NCBI GenBank assembly: GCA_951406725.2
Contig: OX597834.1
Location: 45,074,001 to 45,138,000, forward strand
Length of the DNA stretch: 64,000 nucleotides
Direction of reading: 5' to 3'
DNA from: Octopus vulgaris
Taxonomy: Eukaryota
The first letter of the stretch is position 1. Every line of letters begins with the position of its first letter. The translations under genes were made by a program, and so were the position numbers. The notes below the pieces were generated by a model. That model worked only from the letters and a program-made list of their open reading frames with translations. It did not search any database and was not told the DNA's origin. Shown piece by piece: positions 15,562 to 30,706 of this stretch.

Positions 15562-15820
15562 TCTGTTGTGTCTGGGGAGAGTCATCTTCTTTTTGTGCCT
15601 TTATAATTTAACACATTCACCGGTAAAATTTCCACTAATCAAGACTATTGAAAAAGGTTGGAAGGCGCAAAGAAAATTTTAAGGAAATAAAAATAAGGAA
15701 TAAGTGGAAATTTTACCGGTGAGTGTGTTACATAATAAGGTACAAAAAGAGAATAACTCTCCCCAGACACAACAGAATATGATTCAACACACAAACTCAT
15801 ATAAAGAATCTTGCTAACAA
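15562..15820. mobile_element. Palindromic repeat family P, copy 1 (probably Penelope pLTR-related)
   Basis: Arms 15562-15636 and 15703-15776 are inverted repeats; second copy at 20123-20422. Confidence 0.8.
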
Positions 15821-16036
15821 AAAACGAAACCAAGATAAGACAAACATGTATACAGTACAAAAAGATAAAAGTTTACTCAGATAAAACGCGAAGAGTGAAT
15901 TTGGCTCCAAACAAGAGGAAGTGATTTTTCTTTCAAAGAAAATCTTTCTTTTCCATACTTTTTGATTCAGGTCTTAAAATTTTAAATTTATTCGTTATTA
16001 TTTTTTTGTATTTTTAAATCATTGCTCTTATTATTG

Positions 16037-16037
<1 letters not shown>

Positions 16038-16116
<79 letters not shown>

Positions 16117-16150
16117 GTTATTATTATTGTTGTTGTTGTTGTTGATGATG
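16038..16150. repeat. (TTA)n(TTG)n microsatellite
   Basis: Visible array. Confidence 0.95.
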
Positions 16151-18401
16151 GTGTTATTATTATGCCCATGTTAGAAATGTTATTTTTTGTAGACATTGGC
16201 GTAGTATTAGTTCAAAGTTTTGTTGTTGTACTGCTCTACCACAAACTCCTACCACGATTACTATTATTGCTAATACTAACACTAATGCTACCCCTAACGT
16301 TATCTCGGATGAGAGATTCCGTAATTACACTCTCGTGATGGAAGTTAATTTAAGTGATTGTGAACGGTTTTGAAAAGAAATTTTGCAATCAATCCTGCCA
16401 CAATAAACCAGAACATGTTTTCCTTTATAAGGCAGCTTTATTTTCATTAACTGCGAGAGGGAATGAGAAAGAGCGAAAGAAAGAGATAGTGAGTGAGGGA
16501 GAAAGAGATGGAGGAAGAGAGTGAGAATGGAGAGAGAGGGAGAAAATATTATGAGAGAGAACTATAAAGATTTTAGTTGTTCCACTGAAGCTACTTAGAA
16601 ATAATTCGTCACACATGTAGGCCATAATTCGTTAAATCCAGAACTTTTACAGTTCCAACAAAGCTTATTATTGACGGTCGTTTGAACACGGTAAAAGCTT
16701 AATCTCAGATAAAAATCTTCGTGAAACATACGGTGAAATTGCCTAAAACAAAAGTTTTAGATATATTCTATTTACAAATATTAAACCTAGTGGAAACAGC
16801 ATTAAGATCAATTCTTCTTTAAAACAATATGGTTTAGTGGTTTGTAGTGGTATGAGGAGTTACATGCTTATAGTGGTGTCCGTGATTACAGCCTTGTTAT
16901 TTATTATTTTTGTTTAGCAAAATTGCACACTCAGCTAAGAGAAGAAAATATCATGGAGGTTAATTAAATATTAGTTCTTAAGAAACGTTAAGGTCGAGAA
17001 TTCAGGCCTGCCAAAATATTTCCAAATGGAACGTTGATGCGCGTTAGTGATTAATCCGAACAATTAGACGGTGAAACGTTGGATATGCTTCAGTCGTATT
17101 AGAACCACATCAGACAAATAATAAAAATTCTTTGTACTCAAGAAAAACAAGGGAGCCAACTTGGAATGAGTAGGTACAGAGAGCTACGTATCAGGGATTG
17201 CTGTACACCTTAATTGAACCTCCTCAGCGAAAAGTAGTAATTTATTAATGATTAATTATTTGTTAGAAAAGCAACATTGACAGCTTAGGATCGAATTTCA
17301 AGATACTTGAAAGCAGAACTGGAGTATACATTCAGGATAGATTTAGGCAGATACCAGTGCAACCTTTCATAGATTTCGGAGTTACTGAAATCTCCACCAA
17401 ATATAATCGTATTTGTACAGCAAGATATAATATACATTGTAACCGAAAACATAAAGGATATGCAGTGATAGGTCTGAACAGAATTAATGGCTAAAGAAGA
17501 AAATGTGACACAAGAACATTTACACTATCACGTTACCACCACCAGACGCAATATTCCCTCGTTGACTTCGTCACTACGTACAGAGGTCAAATTGGCAACT
17601 ACATAGTTGTAACTCCTACCAGAAATAGAAGGGAATAACGACATCAGATTTCACTTGAATAAATTAGAAAAAAGAAAAATCAATACATACATGCATATAT
17701 ATATATATATATATATATGTGTATGTGCGTATATCGATCAGGTAATATAATCTTAATATATTATGTCTGTGTTTATCCCTGTGTGAATTAATGCCTTGCA
17801 GTTGTTTGAATTTGTTATCTAGAATTTCTTCACATTACTTGAAGCATTCATTTTCAACAAGACATATACACTACACCATGTATTGAGAACTCGGCTTTCA
17901 TTTATTCATAATCCATGTATGCAAGTCAATGCGGGTGAATATCGACACATATACACACAGGCCAAATGATCATTTGTATTTCCAAAACCTTAGTATAGGA
18001 ATATTTTCACAATACTCAGCAAAGTAATTCTATGTGGATGTGTATGCGTGCTTATCACACACACATATGAATATCACACACACAGATGAATACCTTGCTA
18101 GCAAGGTAACCACATAGGTAAATAGACGCTTAAATAATAAGAAAGACAGAAAGATAGATAGATAGGTAGGTAGGTCGATTGACTGATAGAGGGAGAGAGA
18201 GAAAGAGAGGAGCGTGAGAGAGAGAGAAAATAGACGGATGAATCTATAGGTAGATAGCCTTATGGATATATATATATGTGTGTGTGTGTGTGCGTGGTGC
18301 AAAAATGTATATCTATCTGCGTATGTGTATGTGAGTAGGTAGGTAGGTAGGTAGGTAGGTAGGTACGTGTGTATATATACATATATACGTATATATATAT
18401 A

Positions 18402-18436
<35 letters not shown>

Positions 18437-18437
18437 A

Positions 18438-18469
<32 letters not shown>

Positions 18470-18809
18470 TATATACATATAAACATATGTTTATATTTAT
18501 GTGTATATATGTATGCATATATGTAAGCATGTACTTCCTCGTAGTAGTCAAATTACGCGATAAAGAAGCAGAATTAAATGAATATTTTAATCAATCATCC
18601 AATTAAAATGTAAGAAATGTAAGAAATATGTCTGCTACTTCACAGCTTCTTCTGACACAAAGATACATCGTTTCTAAAAGATGATTAACAAGAATAATCA
18701 GAGATATAGTGAGTGATATTCAGAGTAACTCCACCATTTCTTCCGTGTTATATCGTATGTGGGGTTCATCCTGCATTTTCATTCATTATGTATAACGGCA
18801 TTGCGTATA

Positions 18810-18874
<65 letters not shown>

Positions 18875-19680
18875 CTGATAGACGTTACTCCTAAACAGTC
18901 GGTGGAGTCCCATTTCTCAACTTGCATTCCGGTTCGTACTCTTCCAGTGATAACCCAATATTCATGGACACAGAGACTATACGGGAAAAGTTTGAATTCT
19001 ATATTGAACTTTACAGAAGTTTGCAGATGTCAATAAGTATTATAATAGTTATTTTCTTTTTCGCTGTTGTCAGAAATTTTCACTGACAGGATTTCAGCTA
19101 TGTACCGTTGTGACTAACATATTCGCTATAAAGAATTTTGGATATAATGGGAAAATTTTGCTATTCCGCCAAAAGCTGTAAAACCTAGAGTTAGAGACAA
19201 TATCGGTATAGTGTACAATATATTGTATAAGAAATTCTACATAGAAATTTCATGTACTTGTACGTATATGGACATACACATTAGCATAGACAGGGGAGAA
19301 AATAGTGTCAGAGCGAGAAAGAAGGAGACAGAGAGACAGAGAGACAGAGACAGATAGACAGAAAAGGAGAGAACAATGGAGTGAATCAGATTTATCTATG
19401 CGAATGTGGGTAACATATAGGAATAAAGAAACGCACACCCATACATACATATATATATAGATAGATACAAATATATATATAGGGAGAAGTATGTATAAAT
19501 ATATGTACATACAACCATATATTTACAAGCATATATGTATGTAAATATACATACCAACACACACACGTATATATATAGATACATACATACGCACACACAT
19601 ATATGTATATATATATATACATACATATACAAACACCAGCGATAATAATTAATTTTATTTTATCGCATTCTGACTTTGTT

Positions 19681-19759
<79 letters not shown>

Positions 19760-20122
19760 TAAATACAACTCAGTAAATACTAGCTTTCGGCAGAGATGCA
19801 GAAAGGTTAATAATCTCATGTACGAAGTTCGTGAACATATTTAAACACTCAACTAAAACATACACACATTACGTTCATGGAACATATACACGCTTTCACA
19901 CATAAAATGTTTCATATAAACACGGAAACTTTTGGTTTGGACCGTAAAATATCTGATTTTCAACAATCATGCCGCCTTCAGTGAAGCATAAAAACTGTAG
20001 TGGATTGGAAAATCACATTTTGTTGGTTTGTGAGGTGTTCAGTTACACAGACCACGGGGTATCATATTGGAATACACCGCCACGTAAAGGAAAAAATGTC
20101 TAATATTGAAACTGTCTTCACC

Positions 20123-20422
20123 TTCTGTTGTGTCTGGGGAGAGTCATTTCATTTTTGTGCCTTATAATCTAACACACTCACCGATAAAATTTCCACTTTT
20201 TTCTTATTTTTATTTCCAAAAATTTTCGTTGCGTCCTGCAACCTTTTGAATAGTTTTGACTATATAATTTTCACGAAAATTTTCGGAAAATAAAAATATG
20301 AAAAAAGGGGAAATTTTACTGGAGAGTGTATTAGATTATAAGGCAAAAAAAGAAAATGACTCTCCCCAGACACAACAGAATATGCTTCAACACACGAACT
20401 CATGTAAAGAATCTTGCAAATC
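20123..20422. mobile_element. Palindromic repeat family P, copy 2
   Basis: ttctgttgtgtctggggagagtcat...atgactctccccagacacaacagaa, with the same 3' extension (caacacacgaactcatgtaaagaatcttgc) as copy 1. Confidence 0.8.
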
Positions 20423-20776
20423 AAATCCAAAAACGAAATGTCTTCACCTTATTCTGTATTTGTGTGTCCAATCCCTGTTGTCTGTATTTGTATATAATGA
20501 GAACGTAAGTCATTCTGTTTTATTTAGGAATAATATATCTCAGTACGTTTTATCCTCTTAACAACACATTGCATAGTGTTCTAATATATACATGTGTATA
20601 TATATATATGTATGTGTGGTGGGGTTGAGAGTAGGTGTATACATATACACACTGTCTGAAATTGTAGAGAAATGTATCTTCAATTTATAATTTATGTATC
20701 TGTGTCTCAGTGCGTGTGTTTATGTGTATATACATATATGTACGCGTATATTTTAAAGTGTGATACATATATATAT

Positions 20777-20822
20777 GCGGGGCTCCAGAATGGCCGCAGT
20801 CAAATGACTGAAACAAATAAAA

Positions 20823-20827
<5 letters not shown>
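20777..20827 (+). mobile_element. SINE family A, isolated 3' tail
   Basis: gcggggctccagaatggccgcagtcaaatgactgaaacaaataaaag. Confidence 0.75.
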
Positions 20828-20863
<36 letters not shown>

Positions 20864-21479
20864 TATATATTTATATAAATATATATGTATGTGTGTGTGT
20901 GTGTGTATTGATGTACGTGTATATACGCATACACACACACAACTATGTACAGTGCGGCTCCGAATAACTGAAAGCGAATTTTCTTTTTGTCATATAGTTT
21001 GAACTCTGGGCGTATCAAACCGGAAAAAATAGTACTAAACATTCTTTCCGATCTGCCAGCTTGACATTTGATGCATTTATTGTGGTCAATACTTTAATTA
21101 CTCCTATAACAAAAAAATCCAAGAAGCAAATTCGTTGACGTCTGCATGGAAGCAAAGACATACGGTATAATTTGCACACCTAATTCGAGAGGATTGCTCA
21201 TCTATTAAAACGAGAATTTAAAGAGAGCTGATACACTTCGATAAGGCCTGTATGGAAATAAAACTATTAGATATCAAAGAACATTCAGGATAGTGATCAA
21301 TAGTTTTTAACTATAATAATATATCTAAGAGTAATATAAGTGCTTCTACTCTGAAGGTATTAGGTTGGGATTTAGTAACCATTTTTTTTTCATTTTCAGA
21401 ACACTTTATTGATGTTGTTACGTAGTTCAGTGAGGACCAGTTAACAACTGTTATTGTTCTGGCGCGATTCAATTATTAG

Positions 21480-21635
21480 AGTGCGGCCATGCTGGGATAC
21501 AGCCTCGGAGAATCTGTGGTCGATCGAATTCAGTGTTTATTTCTACTACAGTTTGAACCTGTTACTTATCCTATCGATATATTTTGCCGAACCGCTAATT
21601 TACGTGGACGTAAACACATCAAACAGATTGTAGAG
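21480..21635 (-). mobile_element. SINE family A, degenerate 3' half
   Basis: gcggccatgctgg...ttttgccgaaccgctaatttacgtggacgtaaacaca. Confidence 0.7.
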
Positions 21636-22749
21636 CGGTTGTGGGGAATAATTACAGGGAGAAACGCATATCAAAATATGAAATCCGCAATGGAAGCCAT
21701 CAGCATTGGATAAATCGAGATGAGGACAGAAAAGATTTGATATTTCGGATCATGATGCAGAAAAGTTCAAACATGGCGAGAAAGGAGAATTTGAAGGCGG
21801 TAGTAGGAGGCTTGATAGGTTTTGGGGAGAGTTGATAAAGGGAATGGTATCAAGATATATATATTTGTGTGTTTGTATATATATATATATACACATACAC
21901 ACACGCACGCACATATACACACGCATACATATATATGTATATACATATATATATATATGTACATATATATATATATATATATACAGGTATGGCAATTATT
22001 TGGTTTTAGAGTGGCTAGGTGGAATATTTGCAAAGAGAATTCAGATTGGCGGGGGAGGGAAATTACCAAGGTATATACAAGGCATCAGAGAAGACAGAGG
22101 GCGGGGACAGAACATGGGGTAAGTGAGTAGCAGTGGTTAGTACAATAATGAAGATGGGTAGGTGGTGGAGGAGCCCAGCGTGTTGGCTAATACATCCTAG
22201 AAAATGGGTGGGGTAGAAAAGTTGCCAACAGGTGGCTACAAGAAATCAATTCTATGCTTTAAAGAGTGTTTTCTACTTTAGAATTACAGAATATCAGAAG
22301 TACTTCCGTACCAATAAACCAAGAAAGTTCTTGGAATATTACGATGTATTTTAAGGCTAAATAGTAATTCTATGTTTGCGTAACTGAGATATTTTGATTG
22401 GATTATATAGTTATCGGTTTTAGACTTATTTCTATATTCTGCATCTGTCACAATATAGAAACTTTTCTCATGGCAACAGCACACGATTTACATACGCTTA
22501 CTTTTTTCCATATTTTCCGTGAACTTTTCAAGGTTACAGCTAGTGTTATATTATTATATGAATATAATATATCATTATATCATGTTAATAAATTACAATA
22601 TTTGAATTGACAGTTGTATATCTCCACTTTCACACACACACACACACGCATATAAGGTTTGTTAGGCAGTGTTTAATTTTTGCAATACTGGAAATAATAA
22701 TATTTTATGAGCTTAAAGCTTGTAGCTTTTTTATGAGCCTCAAGTTTAT

Positions 22750-22758
22750 ATGATGATG

Positions 22759-22826
<68 letters not shown>

Positions 22827-22912
22827 CATCATCATCATCATCATCATTATTATTACTATTATTATTATTGTTGTTGTTGCTGTTGTTGTTGTTGTTGTTG
22901 TTGTTATTATTA
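22750..22912. repeat. Compound trinucleotide microsatellite (TAA/TTA/TCA/TTG)
   Basis: Visible arrays. Confidence 0.9.
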
Positions 22913-23365
22913 CATATGCAGAGTAAAATGAGACACTTTTGTGAAGCTGTATAATTTTGTGCCGCATAATTTAAAGAATGTTGTTGCTTAAAGGCGGAAC
23001 GATGCGCGAAGGTACATAGTAAACGACAAAATGACAAGAAAACACAAGAAAGTTGCAATCTTATCTTGTAGTTCTATAATTATGGGTGGAGACCTCATCT
23101 GCAGTATAATAGGAAAAAAGCTTCTTTATTGAAGCCGTTCTTGTAGATAAATTCAAAACGAGTCAGGAAAAAGCAGGAATGAAGTGCACGATGCACACTG
23201 GTTACCATAGCATCAGAAAATGTGGCCTTCCTCCTACTTCCCTTATACTCCCCCCCCCTCGCCACGCACACTTATAAGCAACAAATATTTTCAATCACTA
23301 ATTTTGCGAATGCCCTGCAGTTCACTTTATATCTTCTCGCATTGTTCCAGCTTTACACTACTTTA

Positions 23366-23517
<152 letters not shown>

Positions 23518-23559
23518 TGTGTGTATATTTATATATATATGTTTGTGTGTGTGTGTGTG

Positions 23560-23612
<53 letters not shown>

Positions 23613-24049
23613 ATATATTTATCTACCAGTATATATATATATATAGGTAGATAAATAGATATAGTTTGCTAATGAACTATATGATGAGTACATATTCGTA
23701 CAAATTGTTGGCTACGGGTCTTCGATATTGGAAAGACTCTAGTATAAAGTTGGCTGGCATTTACAAGGTTTCGCCAAAAATGTATTCCGCCGAAGTTTGT
23801 TTAATATGTTTGATATCAAGATTATTGCGTGAATCGTCAACTGAGGCTGCATTAATAGATTTATAGATTGAAAGGCTTTCGGAAATCTATTCTAAAGAAC
23901 AAATACACGAACTCACTCGAGCACAGAGACACGTAAGCTAACTAACACACAATCAAAAGGACACATACAGAAGAATACACAAACCGCACGTAACCCGTGT
24001 ATATCTAATAATGATAATTATATTACTCTTTCCTCCTATTGCTGCCCCT

Positions 24050-24076
24050 ACAACTACTAAAACAACAACAACAACA

Positions 24077-24152
<76 letters not shown>

Positions 24153-24153
24153 T

Positions 24154-24192
<39 letters not shown>

Positions 24193-24282
24193 AGCTAAAA
24201 CTACTGCTACTACTACTGGTGTGCTATTACTACTACTACTGATAATAATTATGATAATAATTATGATAATAATAATAATATT
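24050..24282. repeat. (CAA)n(CTA)n(TAA)n microsatellite
   Basis: Visible array; source of the poly-Thr and poly-Leu ORFs. Confidence 0.95.
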
Positions 24283-24352
24283 ACAATTCTATAAGTATAT
24301 AGATATATGACAGATGTAAATGTGCTAACCCATACACACACACACACACACA

Positions 24353-24408
<56 letters not shown>

Positions 24409-24454
24409 CATGTATGGAAGTTCGTATAGACAACTATACCTGTATGTGTGTGTG

Positions 24455-24495
<41 letters not shown>

Positions 24496-24665
24496 GCATA
24501 TGCACATATATACACATATATATATATATACATACACACTTATACACACATATGCATACACATATATACTTATATATAAACGTATTTGTAAATGTATGTG
24601 CACACAAATCTAGATGTGTTTTATGTGTGTGCATAAGTGTGTGTGTGTGTGTGTCTGTGTGCAAT

Positions 24666-24745
24666 GTAGGCATAGCTGTGTTGTGAAGAGTTTGCTTACG
24701 AACTAAGTGGTTTCAGGTTCAGTCCCACCGTGTGTTACCTTTTGT
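24666..24745 (+). mobile_element. SINE family A head, degenerate
   Basis: gtaggcatagctgtgttgtgaagagtttgctt...ggttcagtcccac. Confidence 0.55.
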
Positions 24746-24991
24746 ATTCTACTGGGGCATCAGTTTCAACAGATATTTGTTATTCGATTTCGATTTTTTG
24801 TACATCCCTCTCTCTTTCTCTCTCTCACACAACGCACACGCACACTTTCTCTCTCTCTCCTTGTTTATTTCCCTATCTTCCTGACTCTTTATATATATAC
24901 ACACACATATATATATACACACACCTTACAACTTTTCTTTATTATATAGGTATATATATATATATATAGGCATATAGGTATATATAAATAC

Positions 24992-25026
<35 letters not shown>

Positions 25027-25770
25027 CCACACACGCATGTATATATATATATATATGTACACCACACACACATGTATATATATATATATATATGTACACC
25101 ACACACACACACGTATATATATATGCATATATTCATTGAATATATACCTAGACCGATAAAGAGATCATTTGATAGTTGACAGATGGTGCAAAATTATATT
25201 TAGTATGCACATACACGTATATGTCCCTGTATATATATATATACATATATGTCTGCGCGTGGGTGTGTGTGTGTTTTAACGCGTGTCTATTCATACGTAC
25301 TCACATATAAGTATGTCTGTATACATAAATATTCTTATTTATTTTTATATACACATTCACCATTATACATTTATAGATTATGTTGACTCTACTTATATGC
25401 GTATGTCTTCGCGACGGCTTACACATACACCTACGCAGTAATTTTTCTATAAGAATCAACGAATTGCCAGACTCAATAGAGCGCTTGATAAACTATTTGG
25501 CACTAATCGTTCCATTCGAATGCTCTCTGCCATTAAAAGTACCACCGAACGCGAGTATAACTTACTTTTGATCATTTCGCTGTCGATAAGTGAAGCACAA
25601 GACCACAAATGGACTCTCTCTCTCTCTCTCTCTTTCTCGATTTGAGGTCTCCTCCCTCTCTCCTTTACTTTTCGACCATGCCACTTGTTGATGCTGCACT
25701 CATCACACAATTGGGAGAGTGTTTGATAAGGGTTTTATGAACAGTCCCACACATATAACCCTTTATGTAT

Positions 25771-25890
25771 AGGTGCAGACATGGCTCTGTAATGTCAAGC
25801 TTGCTTCTCAACCACATGTTTCCAGGTTCAATCACACTGAGTGGTACCTTGGGCAAGTGTCTCCTAGTACAGTTTGGAGCTGACCAAAGT
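25771..25890 (+). mobile_element. SINE family A, 5' part
   Basis: caaccacatgtttccaggttcaatc...ccttgggcaagtgtct. Confidence 0.7.
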
Positions 25891-26394
25891 ATTATATATA
25901 GGGGATGATTGCATTCTCTAAGAAACGACTGAGATATCACTTGTCCCTGACAACAATGTGGTGATGGAATAGATGAGTAATGGCTTGAATCTTTGACGGT
26001 ATCGATGCGTGAATTATTATATAGCCGTAAAGCTTGTAAATCGTGAATTTTATGTAGCTTAGAAGAGCTATAGACTTTGCAAATTTAATAAATCCGCTGA
26101 CTCTCTTGATATCAGATCAGCGTTCATCAACAAATGTAACCATCTCGTTAAGCTTCTGCAAAAGGTTATCTGACCACACAATTGAACGGATTTAAAAATA
26201 AAATATTTACCGAGAGTAGTTGAGTTGTCTCTATTTCTTCCCCCGGTCATACATCGTATAACACAATACAAATATTCTTAATTACACCCATTTCTCCCAT
26301 CAAAGACTGCAAGAAATTCATTATGCAATCTCTCATTGATAGCTTTAGTCACACCGCATCTTCATTGCAATAAGCATGTATGGTTTTAAATCAA

Positions 26395-26720
26395 CGTGGA
26401 GTTGAGTTCTATCCAACACCATACCACCTTCGATAAATGATTTCTACTATAGCTCTTGTTCGTCCAGAGTCTTTTGAGCGCATTTTGAGGCGGAAGCAGT
26501 ATTTAAGCATGTCGAATATGCGTGTGTTTATGATTATGAATGTGTAGATACGCCTATGTTTGTCCATCACCCACAAGTTGATAGCTGTTGTCGGCTTGCT
26601 TGCGTCCTAATAACTTAGTGGTTCGGCAAAAGACAGAGACCGAATAAATATCAATAAGTGTCAGATTTAAAAAATGAAGGTAGTGATGTGGATCTGTTCG
26701 AATAAACCATTCTTGACATG
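26395..26720 (+). mobile_element. SINE family A, old degenerate copy
   Basis: ttctactatagc...taacttagtggttcggcaaaaga. Confidence 0.55.
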
Positions 26721-27050
26721 GTTTCAGACTTTTTTTAGCATGTAAAATAATTTGCTAGGCGAAGTCTTCATCAACAGGTGCGCCTGGATTAAACATATAA
26801 GTACGAGGTAAATCCAGCATGGTGCAGGAGATGGTAAATGTTATTATTTTTCATTCCCTTCGAGTTTTTATCCCCAATAGTGGTTTGGACTTTAGTTGTT
26901 CCTTCTAGCTTGACAGGAATCCTATGAAGGATACCTCTGATATGTTTTAATGTACAATGTATTTATAGGAATAATATATAGTCTATTGACAATTTTACTG
27001 CACTCTAGGGCACAGATGGTAAACATTTCTAAAATATTTATTGCCCTGAT

Positions 27051-27089
<39 letters not shown>

Positions 27090-27300
27090 TTAATTCAAAC
27101 AAGAAAACAAAAAAACAAAAAAACACAACAACGCGAGGACGTAGAATAAATAAAGTATTATTGGACGCTCAGGAAAGAAGGGAAGAAGGAGGGTTTAACG
27201 TTTCGAGCGGAGCTCTTCGTCGGAAACATAGGGGAAGGAAAAATCCCGAGAAGGGAAGACAGAGGAAAAAAAATCGCCAACGGTATTCACGAGGTCATAT
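27090..27300 (-). mobile_element. Penelope pLTR-like repeat family H with a minimal hammerhead (27193-27227)
   Basis: Minus strand reads gttt-CCGACGA-a-gagc-tcc-gctc-GAAA-cgtt-aaac; flanked by (TA)n on both sides; related copies at 40495 and 47222. Confidence 0.65.
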
Positions 27301-27673
27301 ATTGTGTAATATATATATATATATATATATTACACACATACATACCGACATAACGTTATCTGCAAATCAATATTCAGTATCACACATTTTTTATATACCC
27401 CGCATATTTTATAATTAATTAAAGAAAAGGGCACAACCCATTCCCAAATGTATAAAATGTGCCTCAAATATTTTCAGACCCATAATCTAATAAAAGAAAC
27501 TCTGCAAGAAAACTTAAGTCAGATAATATTTTATATTCTTTATAAAAGAGTTTGAAGTTTTATTAATCATGATATTACTTAGCAAAATGTGTCATTTAAT
27601 ATATTGCACTGCACCGTCTATATATACGGATGTATGTATATATATAAATGTGTGTCTGTGTGTGTATGGATAT

Positions 27674-27714
<41 letters not shown>

Positions 27715-28200
27715 GGATACCCCGAAAACATTAATGTAAATGTTACATACACAGATACACACATCTATGCCTCTACGTCTGTGAGCGTGTGAGAGGGGGG
27801 GAGGTTGAGTGCACAAATAAACGTAGTCTTATTAATCTTAATGTGATTTTCACAAATATTCACTTTCTGTTTGACATCAGAGTAAAGAGATTCTTCTTCT
27901 ACTCGAGCAATTACTTTCACAGTCAACCTAACATACACACGAATAAGACTTTTGCGTATATACATAGGTATATGTGTGTGTATATACATATATATATATA
28001 TATATATGCTTATATATATTTATATACATATATACATACATATATATATATTTATATATATATTTATATATACATATATACACGTATATATACATATGTA
28101 TATATGTACATATATATATGTATATATATATATAAACATATACTTGCAAGTATATGTTTATATATATATATAAATATATACATATATACATATATAAAAA

Positions 28201-28258
<58 letters not shown>

Positions 28259-28702
28259 TATATATATGTACACGTATTCATAGTTACATTACTACGTATA
28301 CATATTCAAGTATATATGCAAATAATATATATATATATATATATATATATTGATGGATAGTTATATATATATATATATATATATAACACGTCTAAACTTA
28401 CATACAGTCAGACACTCACACATGCATACATATATATGAGAAGAGAGAGAGAGAGAGAGAGCGAGAGAGAGCAAGAGAGAGCGAGAGAGATTGATGGATG
28501 GAAATATAGCAAACTACAAAGATAGATAGTTATATAGCTAAATAGATAGAGAGATAGATGGATAGATATCCAGGCGCACATTAATTAAATTTTATATTTT
28601 TCGCAGAGACACATTTGATCATTTTAGATTCTAAAGAAATAACATAATAACAAATTTTTTTACGGTCTGCGCAAACATACATCGACATACACTTACTTGC
28701 AT

Positions 28703-28740
<38 letters not shown>

Positions 28741-28805
28741 TATATATACGCTCAAGACTACACACACTTATATATGTACTATTATATATATATATGAGTG
28801 TATGT

Positions 28806-28874
<69 letters not shown>

Positions 28875-28961
28875 ATATATTAATAATGTTTACCTCAAAT
28901 AATAGAAAGTTGTAACTCAAGGTTCACAATTTCAATTATTGAACTTCATTTCCATTTCATA

Positions 28962-28996
<35 letters not shown>

Positions 28997-29476
28997 CATG
29001 TACGAACACATACATATATACGTATATATATATATATATGCATGTATGTATACCTATCCATTTCTCGTTGTGAGTGTATATATATATATGTGTTTTTGTA
29101 TATGTCTGTATATTTGTTTCTATATTTATGGCAAGCTATATCGATAGATATATAAAGAGAGGAAAGGTGGGGAAACGCACACCTGTATTTTTGTTATATT
29201 GATGTCTATACAAATGAATATTATACTTTAGGCTTGCATTTTTGTAGTTTACTTTTCCCGATTTGCAAACTAATTTTCCCGTCTGCGATATTACATTTTA
29301 AATTGATGACATCTTGACAGTAAAAACCATTACGATATAAAATATTTATCGATCTCTGCTGAAGTGATATTGAAAGGAAGGCAATTTAAAATCGTATACA
29401 TGTTGTCACAGGATGTAAAATCAAATTCGATTTTATATTTTATTACTTTGGCTATAAAATTATTTCTAGTTAGCCA

Positions 29477-29531
<55 letters not shown>

Positions 29532-29614
29532 GTTATATTAGGTGTCTGGTAATCCGGTGTTACTTTGCCTTTGTTGTTTTCATTCTACCACTACTCTTAC
29601 TCCTACTCATACTG

Positions 29615-29617
29615 CTG

Positions 29618-29684
<67 letters not shown>

Positions 29685-29720
29685 TACTACTACTTCAACT
29701 ACTATGATTATTATTATTGT
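29615..29720. repeat. (CTA)n microsatellite
   Basis: Visible array. Confidence 0.95.
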
Positions 29721-30706
29721 ATATGTGCATCTCCGATCCTAAACAACGGAGCTTCTCAATTTTACACCTAATTTTATTAATTTTTCAGACAAACTTCGAA
29801 ACATTTATGTATGTAGTTTCTAAATTCTTTTTCATGATTCACGAGTAAAAAAAAAAAGTTGTTAATGACTCTTCGTGTCTCCGACATTTAAAGAGGACAC
29901 AATTATTTTTGCTTTGCCTCCCATCGTCTGCTACGGCCAGCGTAGAAGTCTTTTCATTGAAAATGTTTACAAGTTTGTCGTTTGATCATGGAGGATTGAT
30001 CGTTGGAGTCCGTCATAGAAGTGCGAGATGTGCAACGTGCAATAAGGTGTCGTCTGCTTCGATAACCTCGTTTGTTAAAGCATTAAAGGTATTTATCTGG
30101 AAGTATTTTCGGAGCAAGTTTTATAGAAGCATACATAGTTGTATAGAATTGTATGTATTTATTGAATTTAATATTACTTGTAATGCCAGAATGATGTTTG
30201 GAAGCTGAACTTTTATAAATATCAAATCAAATTCAACATGAAACATAACCATGAAAACTAACACCGTAGCGGATAGCATATAGAACAAAGAGAAAAATTA
30301 GAGGAAAATATAATGTAATGGAAGGTATGCGAATATTAACTTCAACGACTCTATTTCCTAAAACATTGAAAATTATTAGTGAAAAATTTTACTAACCACG
30401 TGGTAACAGCATAAACGACAGCAACACGACACCAGAAACCGATAGCAATAGTAGCACGACAACTAACAAAAGAAAAAACAAATATACCAAATATCATCAA
30501 CAAGATAATGAAAGCTAAAATAGCATTATTTTGATTTCCGGTGAATCATGTATGTTGTGAACGCACATCGTCTAAAGGGAAATATTCGGCGGTTATGAAC
30601 AGCACCAGGGATCAGATATTCATATTCGAATCCGCCATTTGGTAATTTTTATCTTTTATTCTTCTAATTGTTTCAGTGATTAGACCGCAGCTGAGCCACT
30701 ACCTTA

